Notes under the pieces: model-generated | Told to the model about the DNA's origin: nothing | Seen by the model: only the letters and a program-made list of their open reading frames with translations | Databases searched by the model: none | Part shown: positions 7,293 to 8,873 of the stretch, in pieces | How positions within the stretch are numbered: the first letter of the stretch is position 1 | Layout of the letters: each line of letters begins with the position of its first letter | Program-made: the position numbers and the translations under genes | NCBI RefSeq assembly: GCF_006345805.1 | Contig: NW_021828277.1 | Coordinates: forward strand, 1-8,873 | DNA length: 8,873 nt | From: Octopus sinensis | Lineage: Eukaryota | Reading direction: 5' to 3'

Positions 7293-7441
7293 AATCCTTT
7301 TTGGGCTCGTACTTTCCCGACTGCCTCAACCCAGCAGTCTTATGGATCAGAAACATTCCCGCCACGACAAATCCGTCTTTTGTTTTCAGACATCACCCAA
7401 AGTGTCCTCAAAAATGGGATTTGAGGGAGTTTGATCTACTA

Positions 7442-7683
7442 CAGAATATTCAAAAAGTCTCGCCGCAAGTGAAATTTTTTCATCCTGCGCATCATCATGA
7501 TGCTACTTCAAGAATTTTTCGGTGAACGGATTATTTCGAAGGGACTTTGGCCACCAAGATCACCTGATTTAACACCGCCAGACGTTTTTTTTTTTTTTCT
7601 GGGGAGCAAGTAAAAGATCAGTGTACAAGAATCGCCCGAAAACCATTAAATACTTACTGCGAAGTGATTTTTTGAACACCCTG
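7442..7683 (+). mobile_element. 242-bp non-autonomous Tc1/mariner deletion derivative (rosa/DD41D- or maT/DD37D-like) with both TIRs
   Basis: TA on both sides (7440-41, 7684-85). The imperfect TIRs CAGAATATTCAAAAAGTCTCGCCGCA and rc CAGGGTGTTCAAAAAATCACTTCGCA match at 19 of 26 positions (hand count). Internal transposase remnant. Confidence 0.85.
7497..7650 (+). pseudogene. C-terminal transposase fragment, DDxD-type Tc1/mariner
   Basis: Translates MMLLQEFFGERIISKGLWPPRSPDLTPPD (third catalytic D at 7581-7583), then after a poly-T expansion and small indels WGA-VKD-VYKNRPKTI; matches the WPPRSPDLTPxDFFLWG motif of rosa/maT-type transposases. Confidence 0.85.
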
Positions 7684-7714
7684 TATTTCATGTTGGTAGA
7701 GTAACCATTTAGAG

Positions 7715-7870
7715 CAGTGATTCTCAACCACTTTTTGCCGATGGACCCCTTTTGATTCCAATTCTACACAAATGGATCCTCACTTCCCTTCGCCATTTCA
7801 TGTTTTAAAAAGTCCTATTATATTTTTATAATTAAATATTATTAGGAATTGCATTTTAAAAATTGTTAAA
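7715..7870 (+). mobile_element. One end of a hAT (Charlie-like) non-autonomous element; other TIR not in window
   Basis: Starts CAGTGATTCTCAACC, like the Charlie/MER5-type TIR CAGTGGTTCTCAA, preceded by the 8-mer ATTTAGAG that fits the Charlie NTCTAGAN-like target preference. AT-rich interior; right boundary uncertain. Confidence 0.55.
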
Positions 7871-7992
7871 AATATTGTGTGTATTGTATATATCCATATA
7901 TAAACACATACATGTACATGCCAACATATATGCATATACACTACCGACAGAAATTAATTAGCACCCTTGATTTACTCTTCACTCAAGGTATT

Positions 7993-8011
7993 TGCTGTCA
8001 CCTAGTGGCCA
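7993..8011 (-). promoter_or_regulatory. CTCF-like motif inside the Tc1 5' region
   Basis: Minus strand TGGCCACTAGGTGACAGCA versus the CTCF core CCACYAGRKGGCR (one core mismatch). Confidence 0.3.
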
Positions 8012-8035
8012 TATCTCGAACTATTGCTTTGTTGC

Positions 8036-8845
8036 GAGTTCACTGACAAAAAGGGTAGGGGACGGAAGAGGCTGACGACCCAGCGGATGCTGATCCGAAA
8101 GTCACTGTACAACCGAAGGGCAACGAGCCGGCAACTGGCGGAGGAGATGCAAAAGATGACAGGGAAGCAGTTGTCTACAACCACCGTCAAGACCAGATTA
8201 CTGGAAGCTGGTCTAAAATCCTGTAGGGCCGCCCGTAAGCCGCTCCTTACAGCCCAAAACTGGAAGAGGCGGCTGCTCTGGGCCCGTGCCCACAAGACAT
8301 GGACCGTGCAGCAGTGGCGGACAGTGATGTTCACTGACGAGTCGCGATTCAGTCTCATCAGTGACAAGCCTGTCCATGTGCGACGCCGCAGGGGTGAGCG
8401 CTTCAACAAAGACTGCATTGCTCCCACCATGAAGCATGGTGGGGTGGTCTGATGGTGTGAGGGGCGTTCAGCTACAGTGGTGTTGGGCGGCTCTATGCCG
8501 TCGAAGGCAACATCAACGCAGCAAAGTACGTTGAGATAGTACGGGATACTTCTTTGGTGGCGAGGAGTACGTGCTTCAGCAGGACAACGCGCCTTCCCAC
8601 ACAGCCAAGCTCACAACCGGTTTCTTCAAGGACCATGACCTGACCTGAACCCTATTGAGAACCTCTGGAGTCGATTGGGTAGGGATTTGAATGTGCAGCA
8701 ATACAGGAACCGACACGAGCTGTTTGGGGCACTTCTTGCTGCATGGAGGGCCATCCCTGCACAGTACCTGCAGGCACTCATAGACAGCATGCCGACCCGC
8801 GTAGCAGCTGTCATTGCTGCCAAAGGAGGAGCAACAAGATATTGA
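8036..8845 (+). pseudogene. Tc1-family transposase pseudogene (second HTH plus DDE domain)
   Basis: GRGRKR linker; HTH LIRKSL...RLLEAGL...RKPLL; FTDESRF (D 8336-38); after a 1-bp deletion near 8441 GGLMV*GAFSYSGVGRLYAVEGNINAAKYVEIVRD (W to TGA at 8458-60); YVLQQDNAPSHTAK (D 8583-85); DLNPIENLW (E 8657-59); C-terminal LIDSMPTRVAAVIAAKGGATRY*. The N-terminal PAI subdomain is missing. Confidence 0.95.
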
Positions 8846-8873
8846 CTAATTTCACGATTATAACAATTATGTG

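Larger units (their letters stand above)
7326..7714 (+). mobile_element. Family C repeat copy split by a DNA transposon (7326-7441 and 7686-7714)
   Basis: Removing 7442-7685 rejoins gatttgagggagtttgatctac-TA-tttcatgttggtagagtaaccatttagag, matching the family C 3' motif in the other copies. Confidence 0.6.
7939..8873 (+). mobile_element. Decayed Tc1 (ITm, DD34E-type) DNA transposon; right TIR lies beyond the window
   Basis: TA at 7937-38, then Tc1-like left TIR CACTACCGACAGAAATTAATTAGCACCC, then a transposase pseudogene ending at TGA 8843-8845. Confidence 0.9.

Noticed and set aside
7585-7598. Long poly-T inside the transposase remnant (and the poly-A at 2637-2646 in the SINE)
   Set aside because: Expansion of a native Phe-codon T run by slippage, or homopolymer sequencing error; not a terminator or programmed frameshift site.
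8002-8823. Minus-strand ORFs 8002-8430, 8213-8437 and 8626-8823
   Set aside because: Antisense shadows of the GC-rich Tc1 transposase.

Overview
Eukaryotic, repeat-dense, AT-rich animal DNA with no intact host protein-coding gene, RNA gene or CRISPR array that I can support. The SINE and repeat families resemble those I recall from octopus (coleoid cephalopod) genomes; this host assignment is an inference from memory, not a search. Three zones: (1) 1-3600, microsatellites plus at least three tRNA-derived SINE families and many fragments of one unclassified old repeat (family C here), including a nested SINE-in-SINE cluster with inverted copies at 750-1848. (2) About 3600-7140, about 3.5 kb with no recognisable transposon: simple repeats, a 1.3 kb G/T-skewed degenerate triplet block (Thr/Pro-rich open frames on the minus strand) and a short CpG-rich island with tandem ETS and YY1 motifs. 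(3) 7326-8873, a nested stack of DNA transposons: a family C copy interrupted by a 242-bp rosa/maT-like DDxD Tc1/mariner deletion derivative and by a hAT (Charlie-like) end, followed by a decayed Tc1 element whose transposase pseudogene runs to 8845. Nearly all ORFs in the supplied track are microsatellite artefacts. I see no clear novel multi-gene system; the best leads are structural or regulatory.
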